From assembly GCA_963812015.1 (NCBI GenBank), contig CAWETI010000002.1, positions 768,001 through 832,000 on the forward strand: a stretch of DNA of 64,000 nt. The letters are read 5' to 3'. Shown in pieces: positions 40,404 through 50,800 of the stretch. Position 1 is the stretch's first letter, and every line of letters begins with the position of its first letter. Both the position numbers and the translations under genes were made by a program. Under the pieces are notes generated by a model that was not told the DNA's origin, did no database searches, and saw nothing but the letters and a program-made list of their open reading frames with translations. The DNA comes from an uncultured delta proteobacterium. GTDB lineage: Bacteria > Desulfobacterota > Desulfobaccia > Desulfobaccales > 0-14-0-80-60-11.

Positions 40404-40670
40404 ATGAAACAACATCAGGATTATCCCGGCAGACGAGACTTTATTAAAACTGCGGCCATGACGGTGGTCGGGGCGGCGTTGCCCTTGAACCTGGCCCAGG
40501 CGCAGAAGTTTGCCGTGGATCATTTGCAGGTCTGGTCCTGCGGGGGCCTGGCCGAAGCCATGATGCCCGCCAATCAACTCTATGAGCAGAAAACCGGGGT
40601 CAAAATCAGTTATACGGGGGCCTTTGCCGCGGCCTTGGGGAAGTCCCTCCTGGGCAGCGCCCAGACCGAG
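40404..40670 (+). pseudogene. Truncated Tat-exported ModA-like substrate-binding protein
   Basis: GRRDFIK Tat motif; LQVWSCGGLAEA...YTGAFAAALGKSLL; apparent similarity ends near 40670. Confidence 0.7.
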
Positions 40671-40683
40671 GGGCCGCGACCAC

Positions 40684-40965
40684 ATTTCCGCCATGGAAGT
40701 GGGGGGGTGGTTTGAAGGTGCAATTTATTTTATTGTGGGGTGCGGCAGGCGGCGTAATTCGCCATCGGCCATATCCCTGGCGTGGTTAATTTTTCATTGC
40801 GTCCAACCTGGCAAGGTGGTCTTTTAATGAGCTGGCCTTGCCTGAGTCCGGAGCGACTCCGCAGCCCGGGTGGCTGTCAAGCTTGGCTATCAGAACGTTT
40901 ACCGTGATCCCCACGGCTTTCCGGAATGGCAGAAAAGAGGGTTGCCGGAGGCCAAAGGCTCCTGA
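40684..40965 (+). pseudogene. Decayed rhodanese with two in-frame TGA codons at active-site Cys positions
   Basis: FAIGHIPGVVN (frameshifted), then KVVF-TAA-TGA-AGLA-TGA-VRSDSAARVAVKLGYQNVYRDPHGFPEWQKRGLP. Confidence 0.72.
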
Positions 40966-40999
40966 TCACAAGGGGAGAAAATGCTGAGGAGGAATAACG

Positions 41000-41752
41000 A
41001 TGTTCGGATATCGGAGAAAATTCAATTGGACCATGGCAGCAGTATTATTATTTCTACTTTGTCTGCTTGTGCCTGCACCAGCGCCGGCGCAAATGCCACA
41101 GACAGTTGCGCCGAAGGAACCTGCCGGGGTCGGCGTAGAGATTTCCACGGAGGAATTGAAGCAGATTCTGGCCAACAAATCCGAACCCGTGGTTGACGTG
41201 CGCACATCCAAAGAGTATGCCATCGCCCATATCCCCGGCAGCATCCATATCTATGAAAAGGATATGGATAAACTGATGCAGCTCCTCCCCGACAAGAAGG
41301 CGGGCATGGTAATTTACTGCAATGGGCCGTATTGCCACAAAGTCAAGCGAGTGGCCGAACAACTGTTCACGAAGGGCTACACTAACATCAAACGCTACCA
41401 GATGGGCATGCCGGTTTGGAGGGCGTACGGCAATTCCGTGCAGACGGATATGGCAGGTTGTAAATACATCTTTCCAAAGGACAAAACCGCCGTATGGGTT
41501 GATGCCCGCCCCAAGGAGGAATTCGCCAAAGGGACTGTCCCCGGGGCGGTGAACGTCCAGGCGGGAGAGGTTAAGGTGGCGAATGAAGATGGGCGTCTGC
41601 CTTACACCGACAAGGGGACGCGGATCGTGGTCTTTGCCGACAATCCGGAGATGGCCCGGAAAGTCGCGGAGGAGATCGCCCACACGGCTTTCTGGAACTG
41701 CAGCTACTTCGGGGGCCCATTCGCAGACCTGAGGCAGGCCGGCCTGTGGTAA
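41000..41752 (+). CDS. Exported tandem rhodanese-domain protein
   Basis: Signal peptide; VDVRTSKEYAIAHIPG, IYCNGPYC; second domain VDARP..GTVPGA lacks the Cys. Confidence 0.88.
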   Translation: MFGYRRKFNWTMAAVLLFLLCLLVPAPAPAQMPQTVAPKEPAGVGVEISTEELKQILANKSEPVVDVRTSKEYAIAHIPGSIHIYEKDMDKLMQLLPDKKAGMVIYCNGPYCHKVKRVAEQLFTKGYTNIKRYQMGMPVWRAYGNSVQTDMAGCKYIFPKDKTAVWVDARPKEEFAKGTVPGAVNVQAGEVKVANEDGRLPYTDKGTRIVVFADNPEMARKVAEEIAHTAFWNCSYFGGPFADLRQAGLW

Positions 41753-42782
41753 AGGGACGTACAACGCACTCCCCACGCAGCCGACATGGCGCTATCTATC
41801 CCATCATTCCAGGGAGGCAGCCGTATCGATGTTTTTAATATTCGTTTTAAATCCATGCTCGATAGACACAATTCAGAATGCGATTGGCCCGGTCTGCCTG
41901 AAGGTTTATGCTTTCCGCCTCCTTGAAGCAATTTCTTGATTTTTCGGGCTGGGCCATTCCGCACCCAATATTGCCTTATACCGAAACTAATCTGATTTTT
42001 ATTTCTGACAGAGTCGACATTTTGCCTACAAGCTACAGTGTCGATCACTGCTATATTTCCGCACTTCTCCTCCCGGCATTTGGCTTGCTGATATGCTCAC
42101 CATATATTGACCTCTGACCCAACCTCGCTCTCTATCTCCCTCAACCTAATAACCCATGGGTCGAAGCGTTTAGGGGCTCCAGAAGCATGTACACGCTTTT
42201 TAGGGGCATTTTAAGAGGCAGGATGTTTGTCTTCTATAGATCCCAGGGCCAGCTAAATTTTGCGCTTGAAAATTATGGGGTGGGTCCCTTGAGCAGGGGG
42301 GATTGGCGCCATCCCGATCCGGTCTGGAGCCAAGTTTTTTGATGTCGTGATGAGATCATCATGGGCCCCCGGGGAGGTCTCCCCTCATCACCAGGTTTCA
42401 GAGTACCAACAGCTCCATGGGGTGTCTGAAAGTCGGCCACCAATTCCCCCCCAAAAAAGATTTTTGGGTTTGAAATTTCTGGGAGGTGGGGGTATAGGGG
42501 GGGGTCTTTTTCTCACAGCCACCCCCAATTATCACGAAAAACATTTTTGGGGATTTTGTCCGTGCCACCCTTTAGAAGACAATGGGGGCTATGGGACCCA
42601 ATCCCGGGGTTTGCCTCTCGAGGCAGAAAATCCTCCAGAATGGCTGCGGCGCCGGGTGAGGGGAACCGCACCGAGCAGTTTGTGCATGGTGCACGCCGGG
42701 GGGCGGGCAAGGTTATGGTACCCCATTTGGTACCCATGAACAATAATGGGGTTAGCCTTATTAGTTAACCCCTTGTTTTCCT

Positions 42783-42827
42783 TGGAGCCGGCACGGGGGG
42801 TCGAACCCCGGGCCTGCTGATTACGAA
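42783..42827 (-). mobile_element. 3' half of tRNA-Thr(CGT): att site of an integrative element
   Basis: Minus strand TTCGTAATCAGCAGGCCCGGGGTTCGACCCCCCGTGCCGGCTCCA; the 5' half is absent and homology stops in the anticodon loop. Confidence 0.8.
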
Positions 42828-42972
42828 ACGGGAGAAGGCAAAATCAGGATAAGCAAAAAAGACAGTAACTTATCAAATTTACTCTGAAAGTTGGTGTATA
42901 ACCAATATAAAGGAAAACACCATTTAGGGAGACTATCAATGGATACATGGTAAATATTTGGTAAACGATTTT

Positions 42973-43006
42973 AGCCCCGGTGCTCGCCTAAACCGGGGCT
43001 TTTTTT
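42973..43006 (+). terminator. Intrinsic terminator
   Basis: AGCCCCGGT...ACCGGGGCT followed by a T run. Confidence 0.65.
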
Positions 43007-43529
43007 ATAAGGGGCCGCTGCTTTCGCTATTCATTTAATATCGCAAGATTCTGGAAGCTGCGGATAATGGCAAGTTATATTGCAATGCCACTATGCCAAA
43101 AAAAGGCAGGGCCACCACGGGCCCTGCCTGGAGTATATGCGGGCGAAGAGTTAGTCTAAATCAGGCTTATTTTTCGGAATCTCAGCAGTCCCAAACCCAG
43201 CAGTCATTTAAACAATCATTAACAAGCCGGGGAAGACCTGGTGATCAAGAAAAGGAGCAGATTATGCGGCATAGAATTATCATCAGTCTATAAGAGGGCA
43301 AAAATGATGACGCACAGGGAAAACGGGGTGGCAGCTTCGGCGTTGGTTAAATAGACCCAACCTTCATTCAACTGGGGCGACAAAGGCCCTCGAATCTTTG
43401 GCCAATCGTGCTGGTATTTCAACAGATACGGCGAGCGTTGAAAGATGCTAAGCCCTGGAGCGTGTCTTTCTGCTCGTCGGTTACCCCACATTTTCACTTT
43501 GGCCCTTTGGGGACAAAGATAGCACCAGG

Positions 43530-43688
43530 TTAAAGTTTTTTTCTGCCTGCCAAATTAATCGCCCCTCTATGGCAATTTCCTCTGGCCACCTGAGACCCGC
43601 CATTAGACTTATCAGTTAATTTGGCGGCAAGAATCATCCCTGCAATAAATATTACAATGCTACCAAGGCCCAATAAGGTCCACATCAT
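43530..43688 (-). CDS. Small single-TM protein (52 aa)
   Basis: MMWTLLGLGSIVIFIAGMILAAK...; SD GGGAGA; sigma54-like site upstream. Confidence 0.5.
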   Translation of the reverse strand: MMWTLLGLGSIVIFIAGMILAAKLTDKSNGGSQVARGNCHRGAINLAGRKKL

Positions 43689-43742
43689 ATTCTCCCTATT
43701 CTCAGGTCAACGTTTCCTGTCCATTATTTTTTATGGGATAGA

Positions 43743-43759
43743 AGCAATGACTATGCCAG
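43743..43759 (-). promoter_or_regulatory. Sigma54 -24/-12 promoter
   Basis: Minus strand CTGGCAT-AGTCA-TTGCT. Confidence 0.6.
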
Positions 43760-44084
43760 AGCAGGGAGTGATCAGGTTAACTATTGATAATTATTAACTT
43801 ATAATCTTAAAAGGGGCATTCCTGGTCTGTAGTGAACCACCCAAGCGACCTTAGATTTAGCAAATAAGTTCAATTGGCATGTCTTTAATGTACGATTATG
43901 TATGGTGATCTATGGCCTTAATTACAAATAAGTCACAAAACTATTCACCGCTTCTCCTTGATCAATGCCGTTAACTGGTCAGGACTGTCCCCCCTTGAAC
44001 CTAGTGCTATCCGGTAGACAACGCTTGGATTTAAAATAAAAAGCCCTGGGTATTGGCAGAGTTGATCAGAAAAATATTTAGTTA

Positions 44085-44303
44085 CTGCTATGACTGGGAA
44101 CTTATCAAGCCTCCAAAAACTTTCCATATCCAGAGGATATCCATCCTTCTTGACCTGGAAAAACTCCATATGTTCCCGCCGGTAATCTGGGGTTCCCTTA
44201 TCACCGACGGCTGAAATCTTCCTCCCCACAAGTGCCCGCACAAGATAAGGAGTTCATATCCGCAATTTTTCATGCCTCGTCGATAAGTGCCGAGTTTGGC
44301 AAG
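44085..44303 (+). repeat. Cassette-site copy 7: long two-core form (219 bp)
   Basis: Cores ATAT-CCAGAGG-ATAT (44126) and ATAA-GGAGTTC-ATAT (44245); TCTTCCTCCCCACAA; GATAAGTG..TTTGGCAAG. Confidence 0.88.
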
Positions 44304-44467
44304 ATATCTGCAATTTTTGCTTCCCATTCCGGGGGGGAAATTTTATGGTAACGCACGCCCTGGGAATAATCTTTTTAATCCTATAAGGATAAGGGCAAGA
44401 GGGGGGCACGGCTCGGTGCCCAGCGGAGCAGAAGACATTTAGCTGCACCTATCCAGTGGATCAGTCA

Positions 44468-45981
44468 ATGCGGGTTCTCTTAATTAACAGCAATCTGAAG
44501 GATGATATATTAGCAGCCCCCCTATCGGCCTGTGCTATGTGGCCAGCGCAGCTGCGGAGGCCGGTCATGAAGTGCTGGTCTTAGATCTCTGCTTTAAGCG
44601 GCGGATCAGACAGGAACTGAAAAGAGCCATCATCGGCTTCTCGCCGCAGATAATCGGCGTTTCATTGAGGAATCTTGACAACGCCAACATGCTCCGTCCA
44701 GTTGTTTACCTCCCATCGGCGCTTGAGATTGTTCAGGTGATTCGAGAATTAACCGCCGCTCCCTTAGTGCTGGGAGGCTCGGGAGCCAGTCTTGATCCCC
44801 AAGGGGTCTTGGAATTTCTGCACGGGGATTACATTATCGTTTCAGATGGGGAGAAGAGTTTTGTGGAACTTCTTAAAGCCCTGAGCCGGGATGAATCTCC
44901 TGCCGATATACCGGGAGTGGGAATGTGGTATCAGGGTAAGTTCCATGTAACTCCGCCCCAATTAACCTGCTTCCCCTTGGGAAATCCACGCCTCGGGAGA
45001 TGGGTTGACCTCACTCCCTATGAAAAGATGGGGAGTAGTTATACAGTTCAGACCAAGAGGGGCTGCAGGATGCGGTGCATCTATTGCACCTATAATCAAG
45101 TGCTGGAAGGAAACCGTCTCCGGTTACGTTCTCCGGTGGAGGTGGTGGATGAGATAGAGGAGGCGTTTTATAAATTTAAGCCGGAAACCTTTGAATTCGT
45201 GGACTCAGTCTTTAATGACCCTTTGGGCCATTGCCAGGAAATTTTAGAAGAAATCGTCCGGCGCCCCTGGAAAGCCCGTTTTACCACCATGGGGGTAAGC
45301 CCCAAGCATCTGGATACCCAACTGCTTCACCTCATGCAGCGGGCTGGGTTCAGTTCTTTTATGATCACACCCGAATCGGCCTCCGAGGCCATGCTCACCA
45401 ATTATCAGAAGGGCTTCGGTATAGAGGATTTGCATAGGGCTGCCGAGGCCATTAACAAGTTTTCTTTTCCCGTGTTCTGGTATTTTCTCGTCGGCGGCCC
45501 GGGCGAGACCACTCGCACCCTTCAGGAAACCCTGGAATTCATTGGGCGCCATTTGATCCGGAAGGAAAGTCCTCCTTATAACCTGGCCCATATCTTTTTA
45601 GGGGTGAGAATCTATCCAGGCACCAAGCTCTGGCGTATAGCCCTGGAGGAGGGCTTTATCCACGATCGAAGCGACCCACTCAGGCCTCTCTGGTATCTGT
45701 CCCGGGAACTTGACCTGGATGTGACGATGCGTCAATTGTATGAGGCCGCCTGCCGCTGGCCCGAGATTGCCTTGGGGGATGTGGAAAAGTTTTTCCCGCT
45801 CACAAAGATATTGGGGGTCAGCGGGAAAGTCTTCTCCTTACCCAAGCCCTACTGGCAACATTTACCCTCGGTCAATCGCATTCTCATCAAGTTAGGTCTA
45901 CTCTCCCTGTTCCAGCCCACTGGCATTCCAGCCCGGCTGCGTGAGTCCTTGGCACTCCAAAGGCTGCCCTTTAAGCAATAG
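44468..45981 (+). CDS. Cobalamin-binding radical SAM protein (one base missing in a C6 run at 44517-44522)
   Basis: MRVLLINSN..AP then PIGLCYVAS after the shift; QTKRGCRMRCIYC; FVDSVFN; GGPGET. Confidence 0.88.
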
Positions 45982-46071
45982 GCCGGCCTCGCCGCCTGCA
46001 GCAGATAAGGAGTAGACATTCATCATAGGAGTGTCAGATATCAGGAAAGGCCGAATACAGAACAACCGAGT

Positions 46072-47049
46072 CTATAGCCACCCCATCTTCTTATACCAGG
46101 CAGCGGTGGTGGCCAAGCCGGTCAACAGGTCGATAGCCGGTTGGAAGCCGATTTCGGCCTTGGCCCTTTCATTACTGCACAGCCAGTTGGACTGCCGAAT
46201 ATCGCGCAGCTTGTCCAGACTCAGCAAGGTGGGTATGCGGGTGAACTGGGAGGCCAGGGAGCCCCCGAGAGCCACCAAGCGCATCACACCCCAGGGGACG
46301 CGAAGGGTCCCGAACCGCTGCTCCAGCGCCCGGCCCAGATATTCGCCTACCGTCTGCCAGTCGTAGTGCCCTTCGCCGCAGATATAATACACCCGCCCAG
46401 GGGCCTGCTCCGACCGCATGGCCAGCAAGATCCCCGTCACCAGATCGTGCACATGCACCAGGCTTACCTTTTGGGCGCTCAGGCCCGGAATGACGTGGAG
46501 GCCCCGGCGCACACTCTTGAAAAGCATAAAGGTGCCCCGGTCCCGAGGGCCATAGACTGCGGGCGGGCGGATGACGATGGCGGGGCGCGTCCGGCCGAAT
46601 TCCAGGACGGCCCTCTCGGCCGCCAGCTTGGATTCACCGTAAGCCGATACGGGATGCGGTTCTAGGTCTTCGGTCAGTGGGTAGCCGGGACTGGGACCGG
46701 CCGCGGCCAGGCTGGAAACGAACAGCACTTTCTGATCCTCAGGCCCATACTCCTGACAGGCCTGGAGCAGATTGCAGGTTGCCTCCAGATTCCCGCGGAA
46801 GTATCCAGTTCGCCGGGCCGCCCGGGTAGCCCCGGCCACGTGGAACACCACGTCCACGTCCACCACGGCTGGGGCCAAAGAGGCGGGGGCATGGAAATCG
46901 CCGGAGACCAGAGTTAGGTGTTGGCTGCTGAGCCAGGTGAGGTTGCTGTGGGGACGAACCAGGCACTTGACCTGCGCCCCTTCGGCCAGCAACCGGTCCA
47001 CCAGGTTGCTGCCGATGAAGCCGCTGGCCCCTGTTACCAAAGCACGCAT
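46072..47049 (-). CDS. NAD-dependent epimerase/dehydratase (extended SDR; ceramide reductase CerR-like)
   Basis: TGASGFIG, VSSLAA, YGESK, RPPAVYGPRD. Confidence 0.88.
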   Translation of the reverse strand: MRALVTGASGFIGSNLVDRLLAEGAQVKCLVRPHSNLTWLSSQHLTLVSGDFHAPASLAPAVVDVDVVFHVAGATRAARRTGYFRGNLEATCNLLQACQEYGPEDQKVLFVSSLAAAGPSPGYPLTEDLEPHPVSAYGESKLAAERAVLEFGRTRPAIVIRPPAVYGPRDRGTFMLFKSVRRGLHVIPGLSAQKVSLVHVHDLVTGILLAMRSEQAPGRVYYICGEGHYDWQTVGEYLGRALEQRFGTLRVPWGVMRLVALGGSLASQFTRIPTLLSLDKLRDIRQSNWLCSNERAKAEIGFQPAIDLLTGLATTAAWYKKMGWL

Positions 47050-47081
47050 GAGAAAATCCTATCGAAGGGGAGGCTGGCCGC

Positions 47082-47816
47082 TCACCGGCCCCAGGCCACT
47101 GAAAGCCAGGCTTCTTTTAGGCGGACCGAGACCGCCGGACAGGTTTCTCGGCCCCCCGGAAAAGTCCCGTCCGGGTCTGGATTTCCCAGGCATCCGTGCC
47201 AGAGATAGCCGTGCTCTCCTGGGCCGGCAAATTGGACCTCCACCTGCCGGGGGCTCAGAAAGTGAAAACCACAGCCCCAAGCCTTCACCACCGCCTCTTT
47301 AACCGACCACAATAGGGCTGCGGCCTCTTCCCGGTTCCCCGCGGTCAGGGTAACCGCTGCCTGCCACTCCGATTCCATGAAGACCCGCTGGTGCGGATAG
47401 GACCCGGCGAATTCCCCGGGGGCGGCTGCATCCAATCCGAGACCCCTCTCAGACCTGCCTACAGCCGCCCACAGCCGTCCGGCGCTCCAACTAAAGGAAA
47501 GGGCCGGGCCGACGACAGCGGCGTCCAGCCAAATCTGGGGCTTGCCCAGGGGGTCCCGCCTCAGGGTCAAGTCCGGCAGCTTCCGCTCCAGCAAGTGCTG
47601 CGCCAGAAAGCGGGCCAGGGACTCCTTTGCCGCCTGCCGGTGACAGCGGCCTTCCCATCCCGGCGCGCAGGAGCGCAAAGCCGCGGGCGTTGAAGCCACC
47701 AGGGCCGGTTCGCCCCGGGGAGAAAAAAATACCGGCGCCACCAGCGTGGGTCTTTGGTTTGGACCGGCACTGAGGCCTCCGGCCTGGGCCGGGATTCTGT
47801 TCTGAAGCGGTCTCAT
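47082..47816 (-). CDS. 4'-phosphopantetheinyl transferase
   Basis: RDPLGKP, LSFS, GLGLD, LWSVKEAVVKA; ATGA overlap with the PKS stop. Confidence 0.85.
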   Translation of the reverse strand: MRPLQNRIPAQAGGLSAGPNQRPTLVAPVFFSPRGEPALVASTPAALRSCAPGWEGRCHRQAAKESLARFLAQHLLERKLPDLTLRRDPLGKPQIWLDAAVVGPALSFSWSAGRLWAAVGRSERGLGLDAAAPGEFAGSYPHQRVFMESEWQAAVTLTAGNREEAAALLWSVKEAVVKAWGCGFHFLSPRQVEVQFAGPGEHGYLWHGCLGNPDPDGTFPGGRETCPAVSVRLKEAWLSVAWGR

Positions 47817-50800
47817 TCCGAAAAGGAGTGCAGCCTGAGCCCCCGCACCTTCATGAGGGGCTGGCCGTCGGCGTCCAGGGCCTGGGCATCCCAGGTAAAT
47901 CCATTGGAGTCCTCGTCCTGCAAGCGGGCCTCCAGGATCACCCGCTCTTGATTCCGGCAACGGCGGGTGAAGGACATGGCCTCGATACGCACCGGGATGA
48001 AGGTGCGCTCATCCTCCTCATTCCGCATGACAATGTAAAAATTGGTCATCTGCATGAGGGCCTCCATCACGTAAGGGGAATACTGGAGACTGGGAGCCTG
48101 CAGGTGGGAAAAATCCATCTCGGTCCGGTACGCAGCCGCGCCCCGCACTAGGCCCGGCCCGGAGCCGTCCAAATGCTCTATTACCCGATATCTCCCCTGC
48201 ATAGCGGTCCGTTGGTCATACCAACCGATAATTTTCTCCAACTCCTCCGTCCTGGTGTCCAGGTCCTCGAGCTTCAGTGGAAATCCCGGCAGATTGGGCC
48301 AGGCAGGCGGCGCCGCCCCGCTTAAAACCACTTGGGCCCGATAGTTGATGTCCTTCTTGTCCAGCACTTTCCCGGTGGGGGAGAGGAGGGGGGACTCCAT
48401 GGTGAGTTGGCACACCACCTCACCTCCAGGCTCCCGGAGGCGGTGGCAAGTGATGATGGAATTGATCGCTACCTCCGGCGGCACTTCGATGGCCTCCAGA
48501 AACTCCACCTCCCTGACCTCCCTGACCTCCAGGTAAGGGTAAAGCAGGCGGGCGGCCTCCATGAAGGTTTCCAGGGCCATGATGGCGGACACCAAGGGGT
48601 GTTTCAGAAACTTGAAAGGCTTATGGTCGGCGATCCACAGGTCCCGCTCCCGGGAGAACACCCGGGAAGCCTGCAGCACGCCCGCCTGGAGATCCAGATA
48701 GGAGATGGCGTCAATTAGGGGGAATTGTTCCGGCGCAAAGACCATGGCGCCGTCCTGGAGGCCCGGTGGGGCTGGTTTCGGGTCGGCGGTATCCAGCCGG
48801 AGATGCTTGATCTCTGGGAGCCGGGACATAAACATGACCCACACGTCCTGGGGACCGGTCAAAAAAAGCTCCCGGCAAAAGAGTTCCTTTAGTTCCTGGG
48901 GTTCCAGATATCCGACCCCCATCTTCTCCAGCAGGCGACGGAGGTCCGGGTTATCGGCCATGCCGCCGCCGCTGATAGGCGGCAGGCTCAGGGCCTTGCA
49001 CAGGATAGCCGGGTGTTGCGCCTTAATCTGACTCAACAGGGCCGACATCATCCGGTTGGCGGCGGTGTAATTGGTCTGGCCGCGGTTCCCCTGGATGGCC
49101 GCAACCGAAGACAGGGCCACCACGAACCGCAACCCGGCTTCGGAAGCGGCGTTGAACAGGTTCCAGGCGCCTTTGAATTTGACATCCAGGACTGCGGCCA
49201 CCTCCTCGGGATTAAGGTGGGCCAGCAGCTTGTCCCGCAACACCCCGGCCCCATGGACCAGGCCATCGATTCGGCCGTAACGCCGGATAATTTCGTTGAC
49301 TGTCTCCTGCACCTGGTCCGGATACGTCACATCACAGGAGAGATAAGCCACCTCCATGCCGGCGGCCCGCAACTCTTCCAGGCTCTGCATAACCTGCCGG
49401 GCCTGAAACAGGCGGGCCAACTCCTGCTGCAGAGCCTCCTGGGAAATATCTGGTCTTTGCTGCATGATCTGCCAGCGCAAGGCCTTTTCCGAGGGTTCCT
49501 CAGCCAGCAGCAGTTTGCTGATTTCTTCGTCCAGGTCGATGGCGGTCCGTCCCAGTAAGACTACCTGGGGATTGAAAGTCGCCAAACATTCCACCAGATG
49601 GGTGGTGATGCCGTAGCCGCCCCCGGAGAACACCAATACGTCACCACGGTTCAATGCCAGCGTGGGTTCGCTCATTCCTTCCACCAGGACCACCCGCCCT
49701 GCGGTGGTCATGACCTGCCCCTGGCGGTACCAGGTATCGATGACCGGCTGCTGCGGGTCCAGCGCCTGGCGCAAGGCCGGCAGCAGTTTGGTCTCCCGGT
49801 CCAGCCGCACCGTGCGGAAGAGCAAGTCGGGGTACTCCAGGGCGGCGCTCAGGAAGAGTCCCAAAAGGCCCTGGGATAACAAGTGTTCCTCTCCGGCCTC
49901 GTCCGGGGAACGATGCAAGGCCAGGGCAAATTTTTTCCGAGACGCGGCCCCCAGGGATTGCAGCAGCGGGAAGCAACCTGCGAGCAAACAGGGCAGGTCA
50001 TCCATTCCCTGGAGCCTGCAGGTGAAGCTATCATCCAGGAGTATTACCAATCCGGCCAGGGAGGGGTCTGCGCTCAGCTTGAGGGCCGCCTGGCGAGCCC
50101 CTTCCGGCTGGCGCAGGTCAAACCCCGTGCCTTCGGGCCCGGCCTCCAGAAAAGCCAGGGACTGGACGGCGCACCCCCACTCCCGGCGGAATAGTTCGCT
50201 GACCTCTTCCAGCCACGCCGAACTGCCGCCGGGGTAAAGGATAGCCACTGTATCCGACGACGTCAGTTCAAGCGGCTGGGGGCTGAAATCGGGCAAAGGC
50301 ACCGGCCCAAAGACCACCCGCTTGAGGGGCTTCACCTGGCCCAAAGGCGCGTCCACGGCTGCTCCGGAGGCTGCCGGGGCCGCCTGGGCCCCGGCCGGCG
50401 GCGTTTCCCTGCCTTCACCTCGGGCCACCACCTCGGAGATGCGGGAAGCCAGCTCCCGGACGGTGCGGACATCCAGAAAGTCCTCCAGTCGAATTTCGAT
50501 GCCAAAACGGCTCTCCGCGGCGTCTATGATCACGGGAAAACGGCTGGAGCGAATGGCCAGGTCGGATCGCAGGTCCATATCCGGCTCAATCTCATCCCTC
50601 TCGTACCCGGTGGCCTCCATGATGAGGCCGATCACCTCTTCGAGATAGTCGGCGCCCGCTTCCGGTAAGGCCCGGGGTGGCGAGGGAGAAGGTTCAACGG
50701 CTGGCAATGGGGCTGCCGCCAGCGTCGTCGCCGGGTTATTGGATGGAACCACCGGGGGGGTCCAAGCAGCCTGCCGTGATTGCAAGAGCTGCTCCAGGTT

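Noticed and set aside
42130..42700. Phage packaging/replication remnant or small ORFs near the att site
   Set aside because: The G/C-run-rich sequence is suggestive, but no ORF or motif could be assigned.
42783..42827. Functional tRNA-Thr gene
   Set aside because: The 5' acceptor strand, D-arm and 5' anticodon stem are missing.
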